A DNA stretch of 64,000 nucleotides, from contig NC_133623.1 in the NCBI RefSeq assembly GCF_048593235.1, positions 10,532,211 to 10,596,210 on the forward strand. Reading direction: 5' to 3'. Below, piece after piece: positions 14,034 through 25,524 of the stretch (positions are counted from its first letter, which is position 1; each line of letters opens with the position of its first letter). The position numbers and the translations under genes were made by a program. This DNA comes from Sminthopsis crassicaudata (taxonomy: Eukaryota). The notes under the pieces were generated by a model. That model saw only the letters and a program-made list of their open reading frames with translations. It did no database searches and was not told the origin of the DNA.

Positions 14034-14479
14034 AATAAAGAACTTTAAATAGCAACAAAACCAACTATATATATATTTATACATATATATATACATATAT
14101 ATATGTATATATACACACTAGTTATTTGAATGTTGAAATTCTTTTACAATGCAAACAATTTGGGCTAGCTAAGTGGCATAATGTACTAGCCCTAATATTA
14201 GGAGGACCTGAGTTCAAAGCCAGCCTCAGACAAATATTAGCTATGTGATCCTGAGCAAGACACTTAACCCCACTGCCAAAAAATATGAAGTATGAAAATA
14301 ATGGCTTTTAGGCTGCAGTGGGGAAAAGATAAGGGAGCTGATACCAAGGGCTCTTGCCATCTCAAAAGAGAGAGAGCTTTGTCTTGAGCACACTGAGGAA
14401 GAAAGGAAGAGGGAAATAGGGGGAACATCTCAAGAAAAGCATAAAAGGAAACACTCGAGAATAACAGATCTATTATATA

Positions 14480-15600
14480 TAGGCCCTTTTTCAAAGTCTT
14501 TAAACAACACATGGCACTAGCCTCAACACAATACTCAAAACACATACGATCTATTCTAGCAGTGCTTAGAAGAACAATAGCACCAGGGACCAGCCTTCAA
14601 TTCTCTCATGAGAAATATCAAAGTTTGTTGTTGTTGTTGAGTTTCAGCCATATGAGCCTCTCTGTGACTCCATTTGGGATTTTCTTGGCAAAGGTACTGC
14701 AGTGGTTTACCATTTCCTTCTCTAGTTCATTTTACAGATGAGGATACTGAGGCATACTGAATTAAATGACTTGCCCAGAGTCACACAGCTAGGAAGTGTT
14801 TGAAGCTGGAATTGAAGTCAAGTCCTTCTGACTTTAGGCCTGGTACTCTGTATGTGTCACCTATCTGTTTAATTTGATTCCATTTTGGGGGGCAGAGGAA
14901 GTCTGTAATGGCCATTTACACACCAAGATTCTTTTTTGGTTTTGGTAGGTTGAAGTCAAGGCAAAGGATTTTTGCATTAATTATTTTCTCGGGCCCATCC
15001 CGTGATTCCACCATGCAATTGAGTCCATAACCATTTATAAGCATACTTTTCTTCTGACTTTCCCCACAGGCCTTCAAAGCAATAATAGAGTTGAGTAGAA
15101 ATCAAAGCTGACCTTTCACCTTTGTATCTTTTGCTGTAAGTACTTCCTCTATTACCATATTGGCAAAGGAATTGCCATCAATTCCAATGGCCTTAGAAGA
15201 TATGGATATTTTAGCAGTCTTACTTATATAATCTTTGCCAAGTTCACCTGTGCTAATGATGAAGTTCTGATCAATAAAGTACACTACTTCCTTCCAAGCC
15301 AGTCAATGAGCACCGATGATTGATGTGGGGTGAATTATTGGCTTGACTCATCAGCATTTCTTTGATGTCCTGATGCAATAATAACCACAGATATCGTATG
15401 GTCTCTGAATTTCTGTATCTTGTGGATCAGCCAGTTCACAAAGAATATTAGCTGCTGGATGTTCTGCTTCTAAAGAATTCAGGATGCTTGTAACCACCAT
15501 TATCAATAGTCATATAACTGGTATTTTCCATCAATATCATATTCAAGCCAAGTGGGGCAAGAAAACTTTTTTTCCATTATTGGAAGTGGAAGCTCCAGCC
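14480..15600 (-). pseudogene. TCP1: Processed pseudogene (retrocopy) of TCP1/CCT1, chaperonin subunit alpha; degenerate and split by a SINE
   Basis: Minus-strand translations match TCP1 in order: EHPAANILCELAD (TCP1 EHPAAKVLCELAD), IHPTSII, GELGKDYISKTAKISISSKAIGIDGNSFANMV ([31 protein letters not shown]), SMLINGYGLNC, IINAKILCLDFNL, and beyond the SINE IDRMCFEYCVEASAM (IDDMCLKYFVEAGAM). No introns, several stops and frameshifts. Confidence 0.9.
14624..14866 (-). mobile_element. Marsupial CORE-SINE (Mar1/MIR-like) inserted into the TCP1 retrocopy
   Basis: Contains the core cattttacagatgag...gacttgcccagagtcacacagctag, and TCP1 homology resumes on both sides. Confidence 0.8.
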
Positions 15601-18600
15601 TTAATCTTCCAAGCATAGATTGACACCCTGGTTGTCTGTTCTCTGACCATGGACAAGGGACCCTTTTTCCCTTTTTACTACACATATATGCGAACAGTCA
15701 GACCAAGTGACCACATGCAAAGAGAGGGGTGGAAATGAGGAACAGCCTTTATTCTCAGCAATCCAATGATCCAAGATAACTCTGAAGGACTTAAGAAAAA
15801 TGCCATCCATACCCAGAGAAAGAACTGCTGGAGTCTGAATACAAACTGAAGAGTACTTTTTAAACTTCATTTTTCTTAGGGTTTTATTTGGGTCTATGTT
15901 TTCTTTTACAATATGACTAATATGGAAATATATTTTGCGTGACTACATATGTATAACCTATATCAATTTGCTTGTATTCACTATAAGGGGAATTGGAAGG
16001 GAGGAGGGGAGATCATTTATTTGAAACTCAATTTTTAAAATGATTGTTGGAATTGGGGGAAATAAAAAACTAATTAAAAAAAGAAATAGGGAACTGCTGA
16101 ACCCGTACATTTCCATATCCAAGCCTAGCCTTCCTCAGTCATAGAGGAACTGAGATTTGGGATGGTAGACACAGCTCTCCAGCTCACTCTGCTGATGAAA
16201 TCCCAGAGCTGTCACAAACGCATGTGGGTGATATGCTATTCTAAGTCTCGAAAAACTTGGATATCTATGTATAGAAAGAAAAAATACATACGGTGTCTAT
16301 TCACCAGAATATTTTGCTAACCAGATCTTATTCTAACCCAGCCAGATAATAGGACCAGAAATTGAGAATATACTAGACTGTTATCTTCTGTCACCATTCA
16401 GTAAAAGCTGAAATATTCTACAAGCTTCTGTCAATTGCAGGTATATAGCTGAAACTCCCCTTTCCAACCCACCCCTACTTCTCACCCGATAACTATTGAT
16501 CCCCAGGAGTTCTTGTCAATACTCAGCTGTAAGCCTAAGCGTCACAGAGTAGCTACTTTAAGGCCATAAAGCCCCAAAATCCATATTCCAAACCATAGAG
16601 CAGCTCACTGAGGATTCTAGAGGTCCTCTGGACCAGAACATGGCACGTTCTTGGGATGTTCCAGGGCTTCAGGATCCAATATAAGGGACCTTATCCACCG
16701 GCATTCTCACATGACAATCTAACAAAAAACCTTGATATCTACCTCTTCTCTAAGCCCACAGCCAGCGCTTTCAACCCTTTCCTGAGACAGGAGGAACTGG
16801 GTGACCCAAGTCCAAAAATTGAGAAGTTGTTGATCTCCTATTCTGCTCTGTAGCACACCTCTTCCCCTTAGAGAGCCACAAATCACCCTTTTTAGTTTCT
16901 TGAAACTATGAAAATCAAATGGTACTGTGTCTAGCCTCTTCTACTTTCCTGCTGGGATCTACCATCTTTCTCATAGGCCCCAAATGATAAAGGGCTGCCT
17001 GGCTCCCTGGAGAGCCTTTAATGATCAGCTTCTGCCTATTCAGACTACCCATAGTTAAATCTAGGCTCCGAGATGTCTAACATGAAGGGCCCTTATAGGC
17101 TATGTAGGCCAACTCCTTCATTCCACAAATCTGGAAATTGAGGCCTAGGGAAGTATGTGAATTGTTCAAGGTCACACAAACAAAAGTCAGAGACTGGATT
17201 CAAATCCCAGGGCTCTGAATCTGAATCCAATATTCCTATATGGCTGAATTCCACACATCCCTTTCCTTGCTGTAAGAAAGTGTGCAATACTTTTCAACAC
17301 TAAGAATCCCTAGGATATTAAAATCCTCCCTTAGTGCAAAAAGACGTTCCAATGCAGAATCCCATTTCTACTACTTCCTCATCTGTGTTAGAACTCTCCA
17401 GAATGATTCCAAGTACCTATAATGGAGAGGCAAAAAGGTGCATTAGTAGAAGGCTCAGGATGCCAGAATCCCATAAGCCTTCTGATTAGATGTGAATATG
17501 GTGTCAAGAGGTGCAAACTGGAAAAAAAAATGGAAATGAGCAGATGAGGCAGTACATAGAGAGGGAAGTCCCAGAATCTTTCTGAGCTGCCTAGGTAGAG
17601 AACGGGACCAGGAAAGTTTGATGTAGACAACTGGTGTGCTGAACATGAGGTGCCAGTCTTTCAGTTGAAACTTAACATATTTTGATTCTAGAGAATGGGA
17701 ACCCAGGAGACTGCACACAGAGAAAGGTTTTTTGGTCTGAGCCAGAGCCCTGAGGCGTTAAAGATTTTCATGCAGAAGAGAGCTTTCCTCATTCCCCCCC
17801 CCCCACTTATACTCCGGAGGGATTGTTTGTATTCCTGTGTAAGCGTTTCCCAAAAGGCTTATTCTTTCTTTTACCACTGGGTTTCATACACTGAAGGTGG
17901 GGAAGGGGTGTGGGTCAAGAATAGTTCTATTTTCCATTTATGTCTCTCTTGTTATTTACCTTGTTTTAGGTCCTAATTAAGTGCTTTGCTACTGACCTTG
18001 TAGCTCTTGCATGGTCTGTGTTGAGAGAATGTGGCACAGGTCTGAGATGTCACACTTGCCAAAGCTGGTTTTTAAGGGTTTTGGATAAAATAACAAAGAA
18101 GTGGAATGATAATGGTCCTAGCAAGTGCTGTCTATAACTGTCAACAGAACCCAACCCCTTCTTCCCATCGGCCCACTTAGAATGCATCAAATTCTCCTTA
18201 ACTAAAATTTAACAAGGCCATGATATCCATGGGCAGCTAGATGGCACCATAGACACCCAGAGTGCCACGCCTAGAGTCGGAAAGACTCCTCTCCCTGAGT
18301 TCAAATGCTGCCTCAGATACTCCCTAGCTGTGTGACCCTGAGCAAGTCACTTAACCATGTGTGCCTCAGTTTCCTCATCTGTTAAATGAACTGGAGAAGG
18401 AGGACAACCGCTCTAGTGTCTCTGCCAAGAAAACCTCAAATGGAATCACAAAGACTCAGATACACCTAAAAACTGACTGAGCAAAAACACACCTAGAGGC
18501 GCCAAGAAAAGCCCATGAGTAGATGGCTACCACCTGGTGTCCTACTCTTGGAGAAGCAATTAATGATTTCTCAGGAGATTGCTGCCATCTGCTGGTGGGT

Positions 18601-20939
18601 ACATCTCTGAGGCCATATAACACTTTAGGTGGCTCTAGGTACTCTTTGTTCGCAGAGCAAGGAGGCACAAAATGAAATGATTCCTCCAACTTTTAGGATC
18701 TGTGGTATCTCTCGTATAGCTATCCTTCTGGCTCTTTAGAAGAGGGATTACAGTGTAACAGAGAAAGTGGTGAACAAGGTATCATAATGCAATTGAGAGA
18801 GCGAGGGAATTAGAAGAGAGCTTGATTTTAAATTCTGTCTTTGATACTTACAAACTGTGAGCATGGGAAAATCTCTGCATCTCCGAGTCTCAGCTCCCTC
18901 ACCTGTAAAATGGGGATAAAACAAAATGCTAAGAAGACCAAATAAGACAATGTCTTTTGCAAATATGAAAGTACTATATAAATGTCAGCTATTGGTATTT
19001 ATGGGGACTTATAAGGGGTCAAACTGTGGGGAAGAGTCTATTAGAAAGGACACTCCTTCCCACTTTAGCTTCACTATCATGGATGAACCATGTGGGAATG
19101 AATCAGGAATCTGATGTCAGTGGCATCAGGCTTGAAACCTGGGGCCTCTGATTTCCCCCTTTTCCCAGATTCCTTTCATCCTACAAATCATCAAGTACTA
19201 TATTTCATTCTATTTCAAAAATCTTTCTCCCACACATAATACAATAGTTCAAGGCCTTCCTTAGATTCCCACTGCTACTCCCAAAGTTAAACATTCACTA
19301 TGTCATGCCTGGATTGTCGCAATAGCCTCCTAACTGGGTTTCTTGCCAACCTCCAAGCTATGTACTGCTGCCACAATGATCTTCCTAAGACATACCAATT
19401 ATATCATGCCATTTTTCTGCTCCAAAACTATCAATGGCTCCTTATTACTGATAAGATGAAGACCTTTTGATTCAAGGTCTTCAAAATCTGATCCCAATTT
19501 GCCTTGGCTCTATCGCCTCCTACTCTGCTAGAACAGCTCTTGTTCAGCCATACTCACTGAATCCCAAATAGGTTTAGCACTCTACCACTTCTTTGCCTTT
19601 TGTCCATACTATTTCCCATTCGTGCAATACCCTCCTCACTTTTTTACTGTTTGTCTTTCAAGGCAAAATACAAGGCTGAACCTTCTCCAGGAAGCTACTG
19701 GGGATCAAGGCAGCCAGGAGTGTTTTTTTTCTCCCCTAACACATCCCTTAGACCACTTTTGTTGGAGTAGATAACTTCTTTGAACTCAGAAACTTTATTA
19801 TTATGTTTTTACATGCACTGAATTATAATTGGCAGGAAAGCAGAGATGCCGCATCTAAATTTTGTATCTCCCCCAGCACCAAGCTCAGCACACAGTAGGT
19901 ACTTAACATGCATTCTATTATATCAACATTTACATATCTTATGTCCTCAATTAGATAGTGACTCTTTAGAGAGTATGGTCCTTACTTCTATTTCTTTGTC
20001 TCCCATGGCACCTCAAACAGCGCACCAATTATAGTAGCTGTTCAATAAATATTGACTGATGAAATACTAATGTAGTCTTAAATGGCTATAGAAGTTAATC
20101 TGGGACTTGCACATTTTGTCAATTCCAGGACCTCATCACATTCTAGCTAATATATCAGGAGAAAGTATAGGCAATGTCTAAGTAGAATAGGTTCCACACA
20201 ACTCTAGATCCCCCCAGGTTCAGTGGGGGAGGATGTGTGGAGTAATCATAGTTATACAAATACAGGGTGAGCTTCCATCCAGGATCAGCAGAAGTAGGCA
20301 GAAATCATAAATCAAGTAACAAAGCATTTAATTAGAACACAGCAATTAAAGAAATAATAGGAAAAAATCAAGGACAGCCTCATTCTCAGCCCCCAATAGC
20401 CAAAGTAGTACAATCTCCCACAGACTCCCCAGGCAGAGAGTGGGTAGTAGGGAGAAACTAAGCAACATATGTTAAGGGACACATTTAGAAAGCAAGACCA
20501 GAGGGCTCCCCTGATGATGTTTCAGGTAATCAAAAATCTCCAAGATTGAAAGAGCAAGAAAGCAGAACCAAGTAGAGATCAGCATAGCACCAAAGCACTC
20601 AGACTAGGATATCCAAGGCAAGAGTTTCTGAGTCCTGTCCTCAAATGTCATAAAGAATCTGAAGGCTTAGAACTCTGAAGCTCAAAGATCCAGGGTGGAG
20701 GCTAAGCACAAGAGGTGAACTTCAGCACAAGCACCTAAGGGTGAGACCAAACAACTGTTCAAAAGCTGTATTCAATTCAAAAGCACAGTAGGGAGTACAA
20801 TCTAGTCCTGGCACAAAGCTCCAATCAAGGAAACAAAACTATAGAGATGAGTCAGTCAATAAATATTTATCAAATACCTACTATGTGTCAGACACTGTGC
20901 TAAGTACCAGGGATACAAAGAGAGGCATAGGCTTATATC

Positions 20940-21640
20940 TCAAAGAGATCTTAAAGAAGGGAAAGGGACCTGTAGGTGCAAGACTGTTTGTGGCAGCCCT
21001 CTTTGTGGTGGCCACAAACTGGAAACTACGTAAATACTGTACACAGTAAAAACTAGATTATGTGATGATCAATCATAATGAACTTGGTTCTTTCCAACAA
21101 TGCAGTGATTCAAAGCAATTCCAATAGACTTGTGATAGAAAATGCCATCCACATCCAGAGAGAGAACTATGGAGACTGAATGTGGATCAAAGCATATGAG
21201 TTTCATCTTTTTGTTGTAGTTTGCTTGTTTGTTTTTTTCTCATTTTTCCCACTTGATCTGATTTTTCTTACGTAGCATGATGAATATGGAAATATATTTA
21301 GAAGAATTACATATGTTTACTCATATAATATTGCTTGCTGTCTTGGGAAGGGGGGGAAAGAGGGAGAAAAGTTTGGAACAAAAGGTTTTGCAAAAGTGAA
21401 TAGTGAATATTTAACGTGTATTGGTCAACCTGCCATCTTGAGGAGGGCATGGGGGGAAGGAGGGGAAAAATTGGAACAAAAGGTTTTGCAATTATCAATG
21501 CTGAAAAATTACCCATGCACACATCTTGTAAATAAAAAGCTATAATAAAAAATAAGAATAAACCATTATGCAAGTTAAAAAAGTGAATGTTGAAAACTAT
21601 CTGTGAATATATTTAGAAAACTGAAATATTACTTAAAAAT
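20940..21640 (+). mobile_element. L1 3' end with a younger L1 3' end nested in it
   Basis: Two successive G-rich tracts, each followed by ggaacaaaaggttttgcaa, and an internal A-rich tail near 21530-21560. Bounds approximate. Confidence 0.65.
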
Positions 21641-24119
21641 ATTCTTGAAATTTAGATTTCTTTCCTTGAGAACTGCCCATTTTGATCTTTTAACAATTCA
21701 TCAGTTAGGGAACAATCTATATATTTTGGGTACTTTGAGATCTGTAAGTTTGGGGAAAGATTATCCTCTTGTGTGAGGATTTCCTCTAAGGATTATGGTA
21801 GAAAGAATGAAGGATTGGAAATCGTAAAGCTTGGGTTCAAATCTTTCCTCCGACACTAGCTATGTGAGCAGTGTGGGGTATGCTGCACAAATTCCCTGAA
21901 GTTTGATTTCCTCATCTGTAATCAGGAGTGAATAATATCCACCTCCCAGGGTTGATGTGAGGCTCAAAAGACTAGAAAAGGAGTCAGTGAATATTCTATT
22001 CTTTTTGTCACTCAGATGTAAGAGGAGCGTGGGCTCTATTGCTCTCTAGCTGGCCATAGTGATTCACAGCTCTATGAGGACTCTTACAAATATGAGTTCG
22101 ATTGCTCTAAGGTAGTCAGGAGATGGAGTCTGATCTTAACCTTACATGTGAGGAAAATGAGCCTCAAGGACAATGACTAGACCAAGGTCATGCAGCCAGT
22201 GTTGCCATTGTCCCACATTGTCTCCTCCCCAGGTGAGCCTCACGTGGGGCTGGCTGATGGAGACACTCTGAGCATGGCAAGCCGCTAGAGCTTCTGCTCA
22301 AATTCTTCCCAGATACCTCTAAACCCTTCCCAGGCAGTCACCGTTTCATGGTGCTGGCTGCCAGACTCCCACATTTTGCATTTCCTGCTGCAGCATTTCC
22401 CCCTTGTGAGTGTCTGCATGCTGGCAGCTGTCTCCTCTGGCAAGGGATGGAAGGACCTAGTCCTTGACACATAATAGTAGTCCATCATCACAAATGCCAA
22501 GCAGGCTCATGCAATTTCCATCTAGATTCAATAAACTCTCCTCCTAAAACAATGATTCTCTAAAAGTCCTGTCTGTGCACCCCATTTTCTCCATCTATGT
22601 GAAGTGTTTCCCCCCCTTATGACATAGGTGGGTGGCATAGTAGGTAGCCAGGAGGAGTGGTGAATGGAATACTGGAGCCAGAGTCAAATCCGGCCTCAGA
22701 CACTTCCTAGCTAGCTGTGTTACCCTGAGCAAGTCATTTCACCCTGTTTGCCTCAGTTTTCTCATCTATCAAAAGAACTGGAGAAGGAAATGGCAAAGCA
22801 CTCCTGTATCTTTACAAAGAAAACCCCAAATGGGATCATGGAGAGTTGGACCTGATTAAAAATCAACTTACTGACAAGATGCTGTACAGTTCAGTGTTAG
22901 AGTAGGGAAGGGAAGTTCAAGCCCTGACTGACACATATCAGTGGAGCAACCAAAGCCAAAATGCTGCATCTGCTGATGGCCCGGGTCATTAGAGGAAACC
23001 AGGAGTTCCATAGGGAGGCAGGAGAGTTTCCACACCTGGTACACCTCACATCAATGAAATCGCAGCTTTCAAACACAAAACAACTAAAAGGCAAACGGTC
23101 TATCTAGTAAAGGTGAGTCAGTAAGAAAAATCAAGGATTGGAAAATAGGACACATGAAAAAACGTTCAAGGATTATTTAGTTCCAAGTAGAGACTTGAAT
23201 AAAATTTAATAGCAGTTTTCCAGAAAATAAAAGATTATTAGTCATAATAATGGCCCTGTTTTCCACCAGCAGGGAGGACAGAAGTAGAAAACCGAAAGGA
23301 AACAAAAGCACAGTACCAGGGATTTAGTGTCAATGAGTAAGAACTTCCTGGCAAGAAAGAAGGGCATAGCTTCGGCCATCATTTTTGAGATGCTCTAAGG
23401 AGGGTTTGGCCAGGTGGGAAGATGGGGCAGCAAAGGGGATGGCTCCTGGAGGACCTCCCCACTAGCTGATTCCGGGAAAATGTCACTTTGAAGGTGGCTG
23501 AGGCAAAGGGCGGGCAGGGTAGGTGTGGTTGGGAATAGTGACTGGAACGGAAGGGTCCCCACACAGGACACACTGGGAAAGGGGACATTCTGCTTGCGGA
23601 GGACTTCTGGGGGGGGGGGGGTCTCTGCCGTGGAGGACTTCCAGGTGGACAGTCCCAACCTACCACCTGTTCCCTGACTGGGGATGGGGGCCTGGCACTC
23701 TCCTCAGTGATTTTAAAGACCGGACAAGGGAGGATTTTCTGGGTAGTGGCTCCCGGGGGGGGGGGGGAAATTGGAGGGAGGGAGGGTGGAGACGCCCCCC
23801 CCCAGAAGGCTGCTGGCCAGGTCGCTGCCGTCGACCACGTTCTAGACTGGGAGTGAGAGGGTGCTGGGTACGGGAGGAACAAACCATCAGCACAAATTCC
23901 CGTTTGCCCCTCCGGCCCGTGGGCTTACCGGCTGGCCCTCTGGGATTCTTCCCAGCTCTGGCATTCTGTGCTCAGGGCTCAGTTTCCCCATGTGTAGGAC
24001 AGAGTTGGATTAGATGAACTCAAGCAAACACTCTGAGGGGTTTTTGTGACTCTCAAACCGGGACCCAGACATTCTGTGCCCGGCTGTGGGGTGGAACCCC
24101 CAGCCCCAACCCGCTTTCC

Positions 24120-24850
24120 AGATGCTTCTAGAAGGTTGAGGGACTGCTAGCTGGAAGATGAAAGAGAGGCGGGCGGGAGGGGGGGGCGAAGCAAGGAGCT
24201 GAGGGGCGCGCATGCGCACACGGGGGTCCCCCGGGGAGCCGGGGCTCGAGGCAGGGCGGCCCAACCCCGCCTCCGTCCCCGACCCCCCTCCTTTTCCCTC
24301 CCCCTCCCACTCCCCATCTCTCGGGCGCAAGCGCGGGCCCGAGACGCGGAGGGCGCGAGCGGCAGCTGTCAAGCGAACGAGGCGCAGAGAAGGAGGCGGA
24401 GGTGACGGCAGCGGTGAGGCGGCAGTGAGGTGACGGCGCTGACGGGACCGGGAGAGCGAGCAGCACTGAGCCAGCCGGGCCCGCAGCTCCCTCGGCTCCC
24501 GCCCCTGCCCCCGGTAAGGTGCCTACCTGCCTGCTTGAAGGACCCGCCGCCCTGGGAGCCGGCAGCGGGCGGGGGCAAAGGGGAGGGGACGGGGACGGGA
24601 GGGGGGGGGCGCGGCGGGGGCGGCTGGCGCGGGGAACGCATGCGCGCCGCCCGGGGGCCGGGGAGTGGGGGACGCCAACCCCCGCTTATCCTCGGATTGG
24701 GGGTGGGGGAGCCGGGAGGTCGGGTCCCGCCGCCTGCGCCCCGCGCCGGGTCAGCTGCTCTGCCAGCATCATGCCCTCCATCCTTGCCCCTCAGGAGAGA
24801 GCCGGCGGCCTTGTGGGCATTGCCCAATCACAGGCAGCCGTGCCCTTAGT
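24120..24850 (+). promoter_or_regulatory. CpG-island promoter of RAB9B
   Basis: Very high GC and CpG density in an otherwise CpG-depleted window. Perfect NRF1 palindrome GCGCATGCGC at 24208-24217, NRF1-like GCGCAAGCGC near 24325 and CGCATGCGC at 24637-24645, several GC boxes, no TATA box. Confidence 0.9.
24360..24513 (+). other. RAB9B: Non-coding exon 1 of RAB9B (5' end approximate)
   Basis: ATG-free GC-rich segment within the CpG island ending at the donor CCG|GTAAGG (intron starts 24514). Confidence 0.7.
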
Positions 24851-25447
24851 CTCCAAGGCCTTAGCTGGCAAACAAGGAGGTCAGGGACCTGAGAAGCCAA
24901 AGGAGATGCTAGGAATGCTGGTGGCGCGAACTGCTCCCCCCGGTCTAGGTGATGACTTCTGTTCTGGCAGCGTTGGCATTTGGGCTCTCAGCATGGGCAC
25001 AGTGGCCAACCTGTCAACATTGCAAGATCAGTTTGGTGAAATAGAGATCTTTTGTTTTTCTCCAGAGCATCATAGTGTTGGCTGCTCCTGCTGCCGCCTA
25101 AGAGGTGGGGGCGGGGAGGGGGGGATATTCTGAGGACTTTAACAAGTTTATCTCAGAAATGGCTGTGCTGTGAACTAACCCAAGGCATCGCCAGTTGGTG
25201 GCCGTTCTTTTTTTTTGGAAGCGATTGTGATTGGAGATGGAAGCACCCCTCTCCCCACTCACTAGTGCAGTGTTTTCCACTCAGTGTGATAGATCCCAAC
25301 AGTGAGCTAACTGCTGTGTCACAGCAAGCCGGGCTTTCCCTACTGCTGGGCTCCTCCTTGGCGCATACTGCCACCAGAGCCACTCTCTTCCATGTATTCT
25401 GAGGACAGCCCTGTTTTCTATTTCCTTCCTTCCCTTCTTGTAACCAG

Positions 25448-25524
25448 ATATTAGAACCCCACTCAAAAATCTGCTTCAGGTAATCTCCGAATTCCTAATT
25501 GGAGAGGCTCTTATGGCAACCGAG
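25448..25524 (+). other. RAB9B: Candidate RAB9B exon 2 (77 nt; alternative donor at 25479)
   Basis: Long polypyrimidine tract and CCAG acceptor ending 25447; donor GAG|GTATGT at 25524/25525; a second donor CAG|GTAATC at 25479/25480. Supported by splice-site motifs only. Confidence 0.5.

Noticed and set aside
1-23300. Search for a neighbouring gene such as thymosin beta 15 upstream of RAB9B
   Set aside because: I found no exon resembling a known protein other than the TCP1 retrocopy; the region is mainly repeats. Small exons or sequence hidden in gaps could have been missed.
23379-25133. Many overlapping 110-204-aa ORFs on both strands
   Set aside because: Pro/Gly/Arg-rich products of stop-poor GC-rich DNA in and around the CpG island, with no recognisable domain.
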